This document shows, in pieces, positions 8,855 through 17,312 of a DNA stretch of 64,000 bases. Source of the stretch: an uncultured Bacteroidaceae bacterium (GTDB lineage: Bacteria; Bacteroidota; Bacteroidia; Bacteroidales; Bacteroidaceae). Within the stretch, counting starts at the first letter, position 1. Each line of letters begins with the position of its first letter. Below the pieces are notes generated by a model, which worked only from the letters and a program-made list of their open reading frames with translations, did no database searches and was not told the origin of the DNA. A program made the translations under genes and the position numbers. The stretch spans positions 13,186 through 77,185 of the forward strand of contig CAJOLZ010000010.1 in NCBI GenBank assembly GCA_905235575.1, read 5' to 3'.

Positions 8855-10210
8855 CTATCTTCCAATCAGTCCGTTAACAAATATAATGGCGACACCCACT
8901 GGCGCCACCCACCGCAGCAGGAAGAGCACCACGCGGGCCGATATGCGTGCAACATGGCCGCCGTTGGTCAGTTCGTCCATCACCAGGCGACGTTCCAACC
9001 TCCATCCTACAAAGAGCGATATGACGATGCCGCCCAATGGCATGATGAACTTAGCCGTGGCATAGTCGAAGAGGTCAAAGAAGCCCATGCCAAAGATCTT
9101 CACCTCGCTCCACGCACCGAACGAGAGCGAGCAGGCACTTCCCAGCACGATGCACACGGCTGTCACTATTGCGGCAGCCCATCGACGGGATAGCGAGAAC
9201 CGTTCGAGAATGAAGGCGGTGCAAATCTCGTGCATCGAAATGCTGCTCGTCAGCGCGGCCAAAAGCAGGAGCACATAGAACAGCAACGAGAAGCAATAGC
9301 CCAGCACAGGCAGTCCACTGAAGGCCGAATCGAATACGCTGGGCAACGTAATGAATACGAGGCCCGGACCGGCATCGGCCGATATGCCGTCCACACTGAA
9401 TACGGCGGGGAAGATGATGAATCCGCTCAGCACAGCCACCAGCGTATCAATCATGCAAATTTTGAAAGCCGACGACATCAGACGCGTCTCGCCATCGAAA
9501 TACGAGGCATACGTAACCATGCAACCGATGCCCACACTCAGCGAGAAGAAAGCCTGACCCACGGCGCTCAACACCACGGGCGTTGTGAGTCGCGAGAAGT
9601 CAGGCTGCAGAAGGTATCTCAGTCCCTCACGCGCTCCCGGCATATTGAGCGAGCAAAACACCAGTATCAGGATGATTATGAAGAGCAGAGGCACCATGCA
9701 CTTCGAGAAACGCTCGATGCCATTCTGCACACCTCGTGACACCACCAGATGGGTAAGCAAGAGGAAAACGAACAGATAGGCCAGCGGACGGAAGGGATGA
9801 GACACGAAGGAGTTGAAGAGCACGGCATGGTCGAGGCCGCCCGAGATATGTCCCATGAGCGATGAGCAGGAGTAGTGGAGCGTCCATCCAGCTACCACCG
9901 AATAGAACGACAGCACCATGAAACCTGCCAAGACGCTCAGATAGCCCATCATATGCCACCGTTCGCCGGGTGCCAGACGGCGGTAGCAGTCCACGGTATT
10001 GGCCTTCGATGCGCGTCCGATGACAAACTCGCCCACCAACACCGGCATGGCCAGAAAGAGGACGAAGAGCAGATATACCAATATGAAGGCAGCCCCACCG
10101 TTTCGGCCCACCTCGGTGGAGAAACGCCAGATATTGCCCAATCCCACAGCACTACCCGCCGAGGCCAGTACGACCCCAATGCGACTTCCAAAACGTCCGC
10201 GACTTTCCAT
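8855..10210 (-). CDS. sodium-dependent transporter (SNF family), tandem paralog
   Basis: 451-aa polytopic ORF with SAGSAVGLGNIWRF. It aligns along its whole length with the neighbouring 7496..8848 product. Confidence 0.9.
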   Translation of the reverse strand: MESRGRFGSRIGVVLASAGSAVGLGNIWRFSTEVGRNGGAAFILVYLLFVLFLAMPVLVGEFVIGRASKANTVDCYRRLAPGERWHMMGYLSVLAGFMVLSFYSVVAGWTLHYSCSSLMGHISGGLDHAVLFNSFVSHPFRPLAYLFVFLLLTHLVVSRGVQNGIERFSKCMVPLLFIIILILVFCSLNMPGAREGLRYLLQPDFSRLTTPVVLSAVGQAFFSLSVGIGCMVTYASYFDGETRLMSSAFKICMIDTLVAVLSGFIIFPAVFSVDGISADAGPGLVFITLPSVFDSAFSGLPVLGYCFSLLFYVLLLLAALTSSISMHEICTAFILERFSLSRRWAAAIVTAVCIVLGSACSLSFGAWSEVKIFGMGFFDLFDYATAKFIMPLGGIVISLFVGWRLERRLVMDELTNGGHVARISARVVLFLLRWVAPVGVAIIFVNGLIGR

Positions 10211-10314
10211 TTTCGTCGTTTGTCAGTCCCTACTTCGCGAGCAAAGGCGGAAAATCCACACACCAAGCGAAGCCCGGGAACTTACAGATTCCTTTTTTAA
10301 TGATTAAAACTCTG

Positions 10315-10322
10315 CAAAATTA
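10315..10322 (-). promoter_or_regulatory. candidate Bacteroidetes -7 promoter box (TAATTTTG on the minus strand) for the SNF transporter pair
   Basis: Matches TAnnTTTG and lies 105 nt upstream of the ATG at 10210. Confidence 0.35.
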
Positions 10323-10335
10323 CAAATAAATCCCG

Positions 10336-10343
10336 TAAATTTG
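10336..10343 (+). promoter_or_regulatory. candidate -7 promoter box (CGTAAATTTG context) for the VanZ-like gene
   Basis: TAAATTTG lies 28 nt upstream of the ATG at 10372. The same CGTAAnTTTG context is seen upstream of gyrB, recO, the PPIase and 40040. Confidence 0.5.
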
Positions 10344-10371
10344 CAACAAATTACAAACCAAACAGTCCAAA

Positions 10372-10758
10372 ATGCTTACATATTATATAAAACGCTATCC
10401 ACTGAGCCTGCTCACCGTGGTGGCCATCGTAATACTTTCGCTGGCTCCCATCCCGGAAGTGAAGATGCTCGAAAATGTCAGTCTGGCCGACAAATGGACG
10501 CACATGATTATGTACGCAGGCCTCAGTTCGGTGATATGGTTCGAGTATCTGCGCAGCCACGCAGGCATCTCTGCCGCCCGACTGCTGCTCGCAGCCTTCG
10601 TCTGTCCCGTCGTGCTGGGTGGATTACTCGAATTGGCACAAGCCTACCTAACCACCTACCGTTCAGGTGAATGGCTCGATGCCGTAGCCGACACCATCGG
10701 AGCCCTCGCAGGTCAGTTCGTGGGACTGGCAATGGCACATTTCGGAAGAGGGAAATAA
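10372..10758 (+). CDS. VanZ family membrane protein
   Basis: 128-aa ORF with four predicted TM segments and a VanZ-like pattern (DKWTHMIMYAGLS...LELAQ...R.GEWLD..AD..GA). Confidence 0.7.
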   Translation: MLTYYIKRYPLSLLTVVAIVILSLAPIPEVKMLENVSLADKWTHMIMYAGLSSVIWFEYLRSHAGISAARLLLAAFVCPVVLGGLLELAQAYLTTYRSGEWLDAVADTIGALAGQFVGLAMAHFGRGK

Positions 10759-10765
10759 TCAGATT

Positions 10766-10851
10766 AAAAACGCACCGTGCTGCGACGGGCATCGCACCGT
10801 GTTGCGACAGCTGTCGCAGCGCGGTGCGTCGTACGTCATAGCGTGGTACGT
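10766..10851 (-). repeat. 22-bp-periodic palindromic repeat element (locus B)
   Basis: AAAAACGCACCGTGCTGCGACGGGCATCGCACCGTGTTGCGACAGCTGTCGCAGCGCGGTGCGTCG... It fills the whole spacer between the VanZ stop (10758) and the CYTH stop (10853). Read on the minus strand it ends in GCGTTTTT. Confidence 0.85.
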
Positions 10852-10852
10852 A

Positions 10853-11332
10853 TCAGAGTGTATCGCGCCAAAGGCGGAAAGGATTGCGGCGCAGGTGGGA
10901 ATTGTAGAAGCGGCGGTCGCCTGTCACTTCGCGCCCAATGAAAGGAGGTTTTTCGAACGGCTCGTCCTCGCTGTGGAGCTCCACCTCGGCCATTATGAGC
11001 CCCTCGTTGTCGCCATAGAACTCGTCCACCTCGAAGATGTGATTTCCGCTGCGCACCAGATGGCGCGTCTTGTCGATGATGCCGGGCTCGCAGATGGCAA
11101 GCAACTCGAGTGCGTCCGAAGCCGCAATCTCCGTCTCGAACTCGTAGCGTGCCAATCCTGCGCGGTCGCTGGGTCCCTTGATGGTCAGATAGCCCCGGTC
11201 GTCTCTCAGACGCACGCGAACCGTCTTGCCGTTGCCCGTCAGGATGTAGCCCTGACGAATGCGACTGCTGTTGTAGACCAAGTGACGGAACTCACCGTCG
11301 ACGAGGAACTTACGTTCTATCTCGAGCGCCAT
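10853..11332 (-). CDS. CYTH domain protein (triphosphate tunnel metalloenzyme)
   Basis: 159-aa ORF beginning MALEIERKFLV (the CYTH ExExK signature), with downstream RVRL and EVE motifs. Confidence 0.8.
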   Translation of the reverse strand: MALEIERKFLVDGEFRHLVYNSSRIRQGYILTGNGKTVRVRLRDDRGYLTIKGPSDRAGLARYEFETEIAASDALELLAICEPGIIDKTRHLVRSGNHIFEVDEFYGDNEGLIMAEVELHSEDEPFEKPPFIGREVTGDRRFYNSHLRRNPFRLWRDTL

Positions 11333-11334
11333 GG

Positions 11335-11475
11335 TCAGATGATGAGCACCATCGCGATGGCCACCAGCATGAGCAGGATGAGTGCTCCTGCCACGTAACG
11401 AACAACCTTGCGGCCTTCCTGTGCCTCACGGCGTGCCTTCTTGGCAGCACGCATTTCTTTTTTTGCTTTACTCAT
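11335..11475 (-). CDS. small tail-anchored membrane protein (46 aa), hypothetical
   Basis: My translation is MSKAKKEMRAAKKARREAQEGRKVVRYVAGALILLMLVAIAMVLII*. It falls below the ORF-track size cutoff. It has a basic N-terminus plus one C-terminal TM helix. Its stop lies 2 nt before the CYTH start, and its start lies 39 nt after the prfB stop. Confidence 0.5.
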   Translation of the reverse strand: MSKAKKEMRAAKKARREAQEGRKVVRYVAGALILLMLVAIAMVLII

Positions 11476-11514
11476 GATATGATATAGTTTTTAGGTTTTT
11501 ATGGATTTGTGAGT

Positions 11515-12627
11515 TTATTCCGTTTCACCGAACTCCATGAGGTAGGCTTTGATGAATGCATCGATTTTTCCGTCCATCACGCCGCCCACGTCGCTCGTCT
11601 GATAGTTTGTACGGTGGTCTTTCACGCGTCGGTCATCGAAGACATAGCTTCGTATCTGGCTACCCCACTCGATTTTCCGTTTGCTGGCCTCCACCTTGGC
11701 CTGTTCAGCCATACGGTGCTGCAGTTCCTTGTCGTAGAGAATGGAGCGCAACAGGCGCAAAGCATTCTCCTTGTTTTTGGGCTGGTCGCGCGTCTCGGTG
11801 TTCTCGATGAGAATCTCCTCTTCCTCGCCCGTGTAAGGGTCTTTGTACTGATAGCGCAGGCGTACTCCGGACTCCACTTTGTTGACGTTCTGTCCGCCGG
11901 CACCGCTAGAGCGGAAGGTATCCCACGAGATACGCGCCTGCTCGATGTTCACTTCGATGGTGTCGTCCACCAGCGGCGTCACGAAGACCGAGGCGAAAGA
12001 CGTCATGCGCTTGCCCTGTGCATTGTAGGGCGACACACGCACCAGGCGGTGAACGCCGTTCTCGCTCTTGAGGTAACCATAGGCATAGTCGCCCTCAATC
12101 TCGAGCGTGCACGACTTGATGCCGGCATCATCGCCGTCGAGCACATTACTTACCACACACTTGTATTTGTTTTCCTCGGCCCATCGCATATACATTCGCA
12201 TGAGCATCTGTGCCCAGTCCTGCGCCTCTGTGCCGCCGGCACCTGAGTTTATCTTCAGTACAGCCGACATCACATCTTCCTCCCTGCGTAGCATATTCTT
12301 CAGTTCCAGGTCTTCGATGGATGCAATGGCGTTCGAGTATATTTCATCCACCTCGGCCTCGGTGACCAGTTCTTCCTTATAGTATTCGAAAGCGAGTTCA
12401 AGCTCGTCAGTCAGGCTCTTCACCTCGGCATAGCCCTTTATCCACTTCTCCAGTCCCTTCACCAGTTTCATCTGTGCCTCGGCCTTCTTCTGGTCGTCCC
12501 AGAATCCGGGAGCCTGTGTGCGCAGCTGTTCCTCCTCAAGCTGAATTTTCTTGCTGTCGATGTTCAGGTATCGGTGCAGCTGCGCGGTGCGGTCCTTGAC
12601 TTCTTTCAGTTGTTCTGCAGTTATCAT
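11515..12627 (-). CDS. prfB: peptide chain release factor 2
   Basis: 370-aa ORF with the GGQ motif (SSGAGGQNVNKVESGVRL) and an RF2-type recognition loop (VHRLVRVSPYNAQGKRMTSFASV). The frame is continuous, with no internal frameshift site. Confidence 0.9.
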   Translation of the reverse strand: MITAEQLKEVKDRTAQLHRYLNIDSKKIQLEEEQLRTQAPGFWDDQKKAEAQMKLVKGLEKWIKGYAEVKSLTDELELAFEYYKEELVTEAEVDEIYSNAIASIEDLELKNMLRREEDVMSAVLKINSGAGGTEAQDWAQMLMRMYMRWAEENKYKCVVSNVLDGDDAGIKSCTLEIEGDYAYGYLKSENGVHRLVRVSPYNAQGKRMTSFASVFVTPLVDDTIEVNIEQARISWDTFRSSGAGGQNVNKVESGVRLRYQYKDPYTGEEEEILIENTETRDQPKNKENALRLLRSILYDKELQHRMAEQAKVEASKRKIEWGSQIRSYVFDDRRVKDHRTNYQTSDVGGVMDGKIDAFIKAYLMEFGETE

Positions 12628-14435
12628 TATTCTTCGTACATTTTTTCTATTTGCGCTGCGTAGTTCTGGTTGAGCACGGGACGTTTCACCTTGAGTGTGT
12701 TCGTCAGTTCACCCTTCTCCAACGAGAACGGCTCGGGCAGCAGCGTGATGCGTTTCACTTGCTCGTAGTGGGCAAATTCCTGTTGCAGCGTGTCGAGACG
12801 ATACATCACGAATTCCACCACCTTAGGATTGCTGCAAAGGTCTGCACGGTCCTTAAATTCGATGCCATGCTTATGGGCGAAATCCTCGAGCAACTTGTAT
12901 TCGGGGATAATCAAGGCGGAGACAAACTTGCGTTGGTCTGCGATGATGACGATTTGGTCTATGTATCTGTCCACCACCAGCTTGCTTTCGAGCATCTGCG
13001 GAGCGATATACTTTCCGTTGCTCGTCTTGAAGAGGTCCTTGATGCGGTCAGTGAGAAATAGCTCTCCATCTTTCATATATCCGGCATCGCCCGTGTGGAA
13101 CCAACCCTCGTCGTCGATTGAGAGGGCAGTCACTTCTGCCTTACGATAGTATCCCTTTGTGATGGTCTCTCCCTTGAGAAGTATCTCGTTGTTCTCCCCA
13201 AACTTCACCTGCACTCCGTCGAGCACTCGTCCTATGGAGCCAATGGTCACAGGTTGATTCCAACGGTCGCATGACACGGTGGCTGTGCTCTCGGTGAGTC
13301 CATATCCGGCCACCATCATGATGCCCACCGAATGCACGAACTCCTCCACCAGCGGCGGGATGGCAGCACCGGCTGTGGGAAAGAAGTTGTGGCGTTCCAA
13401 ACCGAGCGTCTTCAGCAGGAGGGCAATGATGGTCTTCTCGTACACCTTGTATTGCATTTTCAGGCTGAGCGGCGGCGTCAGGCCCTTCATCATGTAGTCC
13501 ACGTTGTATGCCTTGCCTACGCGCAGTGCGTCCAGGATGAGTTTCCGTTCGATGGCGCTGCTCGAGCTGATCTTTTCCTGCACACCGTTGTAGACCTTTT
13601 CCCAGAAGCGGGGCACGGTGCACATGCAGGTGGGATGCACCTCCTGAAGCGACACCAGTATGTCCTGAGGACGCAAATTGACGGCCAGCGTACAGCCTTC
13701 AGCCAGACAGAGATACGACCACCCACGCTCGAAAACATGCGTGAAGGGCAGGAAGTTCATCACCAGTTCGTCCTCGGTCATGCGCAGTGCACCCTGATGT
13801 CCGCGCAGAGCAGCCATATACATCCGATGGGTGAGCATCACGCCCTTGCTCAGTCCGGTTGTGCCGCTGGTATAGAGGATGTTGGCAAGGTCGTCGATGT
13901 CTACTTCGGCAGTACGGTGTTCCACCTCGGCCTGATGCTGCAGAGGCTCTCCAATCTTCAGGAACTCGTCGAAGTAGATACTCACCTGGTCTTGTTGGTC
14001 TTTCTTCACCTTCGGGTCGAAGATGATGAGCTTGCAGATACCCGGGTCTATCTTCATCACGCGGTAGGCCGTGTCATACTGATACTGCTCGCCCACGAAG
14101 ATGTAGCGAATCTTGGCATCGCTTATCATATATTTTATCTGCATCTCGCTGCTGGTGGCATAGAACGGGATGGTGACTGCGCGGATGCCATAGGCGCCGA
14201 AATCGACAAACATACACTCGGGCATGTTCTGCGAGAAGACGGCCACCTTCTCCTGGATGTCCACGCCCAGTTCCAGCAGGGCATTGCTCACCTGACGCAC
14301 ACATTGCGAGAAGCGATTCCACGAGATATTCTTCCATACATTCTCGTCATAGTCGCGATACATCATAGCCGTACGCTCGCCGTAACGGGCAGCCTGACTG
14401 TGAATTAGTGTAGAAAAAGGGCTTGTGTTCTGCAT
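12627..14435 (-). CDS. long-chain fatty acid--CoA ligase (AMP-binding family)
   Basis: 602-aa ORF with the AMP-binding signature ILYTSGTTGLSKGVMLTH and a C-terminal GWFHTGD...DRIKD motif. Confidence 0.85.
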   Translation of the reverse strand: MQNTSPFSTLIHSQAARYGERTAMMYRDYDENVWKNISWNRFSQCVRQVSNALLELGVDIQEKVAVFSQNMPECMFVDFGAYGIRAVTIPFYATSSEMQIKYMISDAKIRYIFVGEQYQYDTAYRVMKIDPGICKLIIFDPKVKKDQQDQVSIYFDEFLKIGEPLQHQAEVEHRTAEVDIDDLANILYTSGTTGLSKGVMLTHRMYMAALRGHQGALRMTEDELVMNFLPFTHVFERGWSYLCLAEGCTLAVNLRPQDILVSLQEVHPTCMCTVPRFWEKVYNGVQEKISSSSAIERKLILDALRVGKAYNVDYMMKGLTPPLSLKMQYKVYEKTIIALLLKTLGLERHNFFPTAGAAIPPLVEEFVHSVGIMMVAGYGLTESTATVSCDRWNQPVTIGSIGRVLDGVQVKFGENNEILLKGETITKGYYRKAEVTALSIDDEGWFHTGDAGYMKDGELFLTDRIKDLFKTSNGKYIAPQMLESKLVVDRYIDQIVIIADQRKFVSALIIPEYKLLEDFAHKHGIEFKDRADLCSNPKVVEFVMYRLDTLQQEFAHYEQVKRITLLPEPFSLEKGELTNTLKVKRPVLNQNYAAQIEKMYEE

Positions 14436-14457
14436 TGCTTATCTTCTTTTCTCTCCA

Positions 14458-14465
14458 CAAAGGTA
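14458..14465 (-). promoter_or_regulatory. candidate -7 promoter box (TACCTTTG on the minus strand) for the fadD-prfB operon
   Basis: Matches TAnnTTTG and lies 22 nt upstream of the ATG at 14435. Confidence 0.5.
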
Positions 14466-14517
14466 AAACAACTTGGGATAAATCCCAAATTTATTTGGAA
14501 CTTTTGAAATTAAGGCC

Positions 14518-14525
14518 TACCTTTG
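14518..14525 (+). promoter_or_regulatory. candidate -7 promoter box (TACCTTTG) for the M20 peptidase gene
   Basis: Matches TAnnTTTG and lies 20 nt upstream of the ATG at 14546. Confidence 0.5.
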
Positions 14526-14545
14526 TTTCCTGAAATCTGCTAAAA

Positions 14546-15610
14546 ATGGAACCCCAAGACCTTTCCAAGGAAGCCATAGGGCTGCTCTGCCGGCTCATAC
14601 GCATCCCAAGTTTCAGCCGTCAGGAGAAGGAAGCTGCCGACGCGCTGCAACTCTTCATGACCGAACACTGCCACCTCCCCGTGCAACGCTCGGGTAACAA
14701 TCTGTGGACCATTGCGCCCGGATTCGACGAAAACCGACCCACCCTGTTGCTGAACGCACACATCGACACGGTACGTCCCACCGACGGATGGACGCGACCG
14801 CCACACGAGCCCGTGACAATCGACGGACGTCTGTACGGACTGGGCAGCAACGACGACGGAGGCAGTCTGGTGTCGCTTCTCCAGACGTTCAGATGGCTGT
14901 CCGACCGTCCTCAGACCTACAATCTCATCTATCTGGCCAGTGCCGAAGAAGAGGTGAACGGCAAGGGAGGCGTAGAGAGCGTACTGCCCCAGCTACCGCC
15001 CATCAGCGTAGGTCTGGTGGGAGAGCCCACGGGGATGCAGCCCGCCATAGCCGAGCGCGGACTGATGGTGCTGGACGCCGTAAGTCACGGAAAAGCAGGG
15101 CACGCCGCGCGCAACGAGGGCGACAATGCCATCTACCATGCCATCGACGACATACAGCGGCTGCGCACATTCCGGTTCCCGCGCGTGTCGCCTCTGCTGG
15201 GCGAGGTGAAGATGTCTGTGACAATCGTCAACGCCGGCACTCAGCACAACGTGGTGCCCGACCGCTGCACCTTCACCGTCGACGTGCGCACCAACGACCT
15301 CTACTCAAATCAGGAGGCCCTCGAAATCATACGTTCGCTGGTGACGAGCGACGTGGAGCCCCGTTCCACACGTCTCGCCTCGTCGCACATCAGCCCCACC
15401 CATCCGCTCGCGGCCCGCGCCATAGCCCTCGGCAGGGAGCCTTTCGGCTCGCCCACCCTCAGCGACCAGACGCTCATGCGCTTCCCCACACTCAAGATGG
15501 GGCCGGGCCAGAGCAGCCGCAGCCATACAGCCGACGAGTTCATACTGGAAAGCGAAATCGAAGAGGCCATTCCGCTCTACTGCCAGCTGCTCGACGGGCT
15601 GCGCCTCTGA
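14546..15610 (+). CDS. M20 family metallohydrolase (ArgE/DapE-like deacylase)
   Basis: 354-aa ORF with M20 metal-binding motifs LLLNAHIDTV, GSNDDGGS, ASAEEEV and a C-terminal SRSHTADE. Confidence 0.8.
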   Translation: MEPQDLSKEAIGLLCRLIRIPSFSRQEKEAADALQLFMTEHCHLPVQRSGNNLWTIAPGFDENRPTLLLNAHIDTVRPTDGWTRPPHEPVTIDGRLYGLGSNDDGGSLVSLLQTFRWLSDRPQTYNLIYLASAEEEVNGKGGVESVLPQLPPISVGLVGEPTGMQPAIAERGLMVLDAVSHGKAGHAARNEGDNAIYHAIDDIQRLRTFRFPRVSPLLGEVKMSVTIVNAGTQHNVVPDRCTFTVDVRTNDLYSNQEALEIIRSLVTSDVEPRSTRLASSHISPTHPLAARAIALGREPFGSPTLSDQTLMRFPTLKMGPGQSSRSHTADEFILESEIEEAIPLYCQLLDGLRL

Positions 15611-15632
15611 CACCCATCGACCATCCCCCGAA

Positions 15633-15730
15633 GTGCGCTTTTCGACGCACCGTGGTCCGACAGCCGTCGCAGCGTGGTGCGACGGGCAACGCAGCGTGGT
15701 GCGACACGTGTCGCAACGCGGTGCGTTTCT
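15633..15730 (+). repeat. 22-bp-periodic palindromic repeat element (locus C)
   Basis: Four 22-nt units: GACGCACCGTGGTCCGACAGCC|GTCGCAGCGTGGTGCGACGGGC|AACGCAGCGTGGTGCGACACGT|GTCGCAACGCGGTGCGTTTCTC. It lies directly downstream of the M20 gene. Confidence 0.85.
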
Positions 15731-15751
15731 CAGTGTTTCAAAGCAGGAAAC

Positions 15752-15800
15752 AAAAAAAGCAGTTCTCCCTCATACGGATACGAGGGAGAACTGCTTTATT
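15752..15800 (-). terminator. intrinsic terminator of rpsT
   Basis: Perfect 14-bp stem AGCAGTTCTCCCTC / GAGGGAGAACTGCT (15758-15771 / 15782-15795). On the minus strand it is followed by a T7 run (A-run 15752-15758 on the plus strand). Confidence 0.8.
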
Positions 15801-15824
15801 CTATGCGCGGCAGACGGGCGCGAC

Positions 15825-16079
15825 TCAGCTTAACTTCTTGATGTATGCCGAGAGCTTCGACTTCAGGTTCGAAGCCTTGTTCTTGTGGATGATATTCCGC
15901 TTGGCCAGCTTGTCGAGAATCTTCTGCACGCTGGGGAACATCTCGGTTGCAGCAGCCTTGTCGGTAGTGGCACGCAGCTTACGGACAGCGTTACGCATCG
16001 TCTTGGCGTAATATCTGTTGTGCAACCTTCTCTTCTCCGTCTGACGGATACGCTTTAAGGATGATTTGTGGTTTGCCAT
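15825..16079 (-). CDS. rpsT: 30S ribosomal protein S20
   Basis: 84-aa [39 protein letters not shown]..., a typical bS20. Confidence 0.95.
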   Translation of the reverse strand: MANHKSSLKRIRQTEKRRLHNRYYAKTMRNAVRKLRATTDKAAATEMFPSVQKILDKLAKRNIIHKNKASNLKSKLSAYIKKLS

Positions 16080-16115
16080 TTTTGTGTCTGTCTTTACTTT
16101 TATTTTTCTTTCTTG

Positions 16116-16187
16116 TAGTCCCTAGGAGAGTCGAACTCCTCTTTAGAGAATGAAAATCTCTCGTCCTAACCGATAGACGAAGGGACC
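16116..16187 (-). tRNA. tRNA-Glu (anticodon TTC)
   Basis: I folded the minus strand by hand: GGTCCCT TC GTC TATCGGTTAG GAC G AGAGA TTTTCAT TCTCT AAAG AGGAG TTCGACT CTCCT AGGGACT A. This gives a cloverleaf with a 7-nt anticodon loop reading T-T-[TTC]-A-T and a TTCGA T-loop. Ends are +/-2 nt, and no CCA is encoded. Confidence 0.85.
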
Positions 16188-16241
16188 GGCCACGAGTCTC
16201 AGGGAGAGTCTCGGCATTCGAGGTCACCTCAATTGCGGTTG

Positions 16242-16249
16242 CAAAGGTA
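16242..16249 (-). promoter_or_regulatory. candidate -7 promoter box (TACCTTTG on the minus strand) for tRNA-Glu/rpsT
   Basis: Matches TAnnTTTG and lies 54 nt upstream of the tRNA 5' end. Confidence 0.4.
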
Positions 16250-16522
16250 AAGGTTTTCCTCCGACTGGCAAAATTATTTGGCGAAAAAATGTCTTTTCGC
16301 GTGAGAATTTCGTTCTTTTGCCCCTTTTCGGCCCTCTTTGGCGAGACTTGAACCGCTCATAACGATGACTGCGGAGGTGGTTTCGGCCGAAATTTCTGCC
16401 GAGGACGAAAAAGCGGCACACGTTTTTGTTTTTCTGCACGCTTATTCGTGACTTTGACCCGAATCGGACTTACTCTCGCTCGGAAAAACTCAAATAAATT
16501 TGGCTTTTCCCTCGCTTATTCG

Positions 16523-16530
16523 TAACTTTG
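16523..16530 (+). promoter_or_regulatory. candidate -7 promoter box (CGTAACTTTG) for recO
   Basis: TAACTTTG lies 24 nt upstream of the ATG at 16555. It is part of a 19-mer duplicated 74 bp upstream (16439-16457). Confidence 0.5.
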
Positions 16531-16554
16531 AAAACCCAAAGGACGAAAAGAAAA

Positions 16555-17286
16555 ATGCTGGAACGCACACGGGGCATTGTCCTGCACACACTGCGATACG
16601 ACGACGAACGCATGATAGCCTCGGTTTTCACCGAAAGCCGCGGCTATGTCTCGTTTCTGACACGCATGCCACGCTCGCGACGAAGTAGCGTGAGGTCGGT
16701 GCTGCTGCGACCAATGAGCATACTGGAAATGGACTTCGATTTCCGTCCACAACAAAACCTGCAGCGCATACGCGAGATGAGTGTCGATGTTCCGTTCCTC
16801 TCACTCCCCTACCACCCCGTGAAAGCCTCGCTGGCACTTTTCTTCTCGGAGTTTCTGCACCACGCACTGCGTCACGAAGGCGAGAACCGCGCGCTTTTTT
16901 CCTACATGGAATACGGCCTGCGCTGGCTCGACGAAGCCGAGGCAGGACTTGCCAACTACCACCTGGTGTTCCTCATCCACATGTCGCGCTTCATGGGTTT
17001 CTGGCCCAACGTAGGACGAAGAGGGGGCGGAGGGCATGAGGTATTCGACCTGCGCGAAGGACGACTCACGAGCATTCTGCCGCAGCACGAGGACTTCCTG
17101 CGACCGTCGGAGGCATCGAACGTGTCTCTCTTGCTTCGGATGGACTACGATACGATGGGGCTTTTCCGCATGAGCCGCGAACAGCGCAACCGCGTGCTGG
17201 AGGTGATAATAAAATACTACCGACTCCACGTGCCGGAGATTCCGGACATGAAGTCGGTAGATATATTACGCGAACTTTTCAGTTAG
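16555..17286 (+). CDS. recO: DNA repair protein RecO
   Basis: MLERTRGIVLHTLRYDDERMIASVFTESRGYVSFL... is an OB-fold N-terminus typical of RecO. The start is trimmed from the track start at 16528 because the -7 box overlaps that start. Confidence 0.85.
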   Translation: MLERTRGIVLHTLRYDDERMIASVFTESRGYVSFLTRMPRSRRSSVRSVLLRPMSILEMDFDFRPQQNLQRIREMSVDVPFLSLPYHPVKASLALFFSEFLHHALRHEGENRALFSYMEYGLRWLDEAEAGLANYHLVFLIHMSRFMGFWPNVGRRGGGGHEVFDLREGRLTSILPQHEDFLRPSEASNVSLLLRMDYDTMGLFRMSREQRNRVLEVIIKYYRLHVPEIPDMKSVDILRELFS

Positions 17287-17312
17287 CCGCTGGGTGACTT
17301 CGTCTTCCTCTG

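Noticed and set aside
11515-12627. I looked for the programmed +1 frameshift site expected in prfB.
   Set aside because: The 370-aa frame is uninterrupted from its ATG, so no frameshift feature is annotated. This is recorded as a low-interest finding instead.
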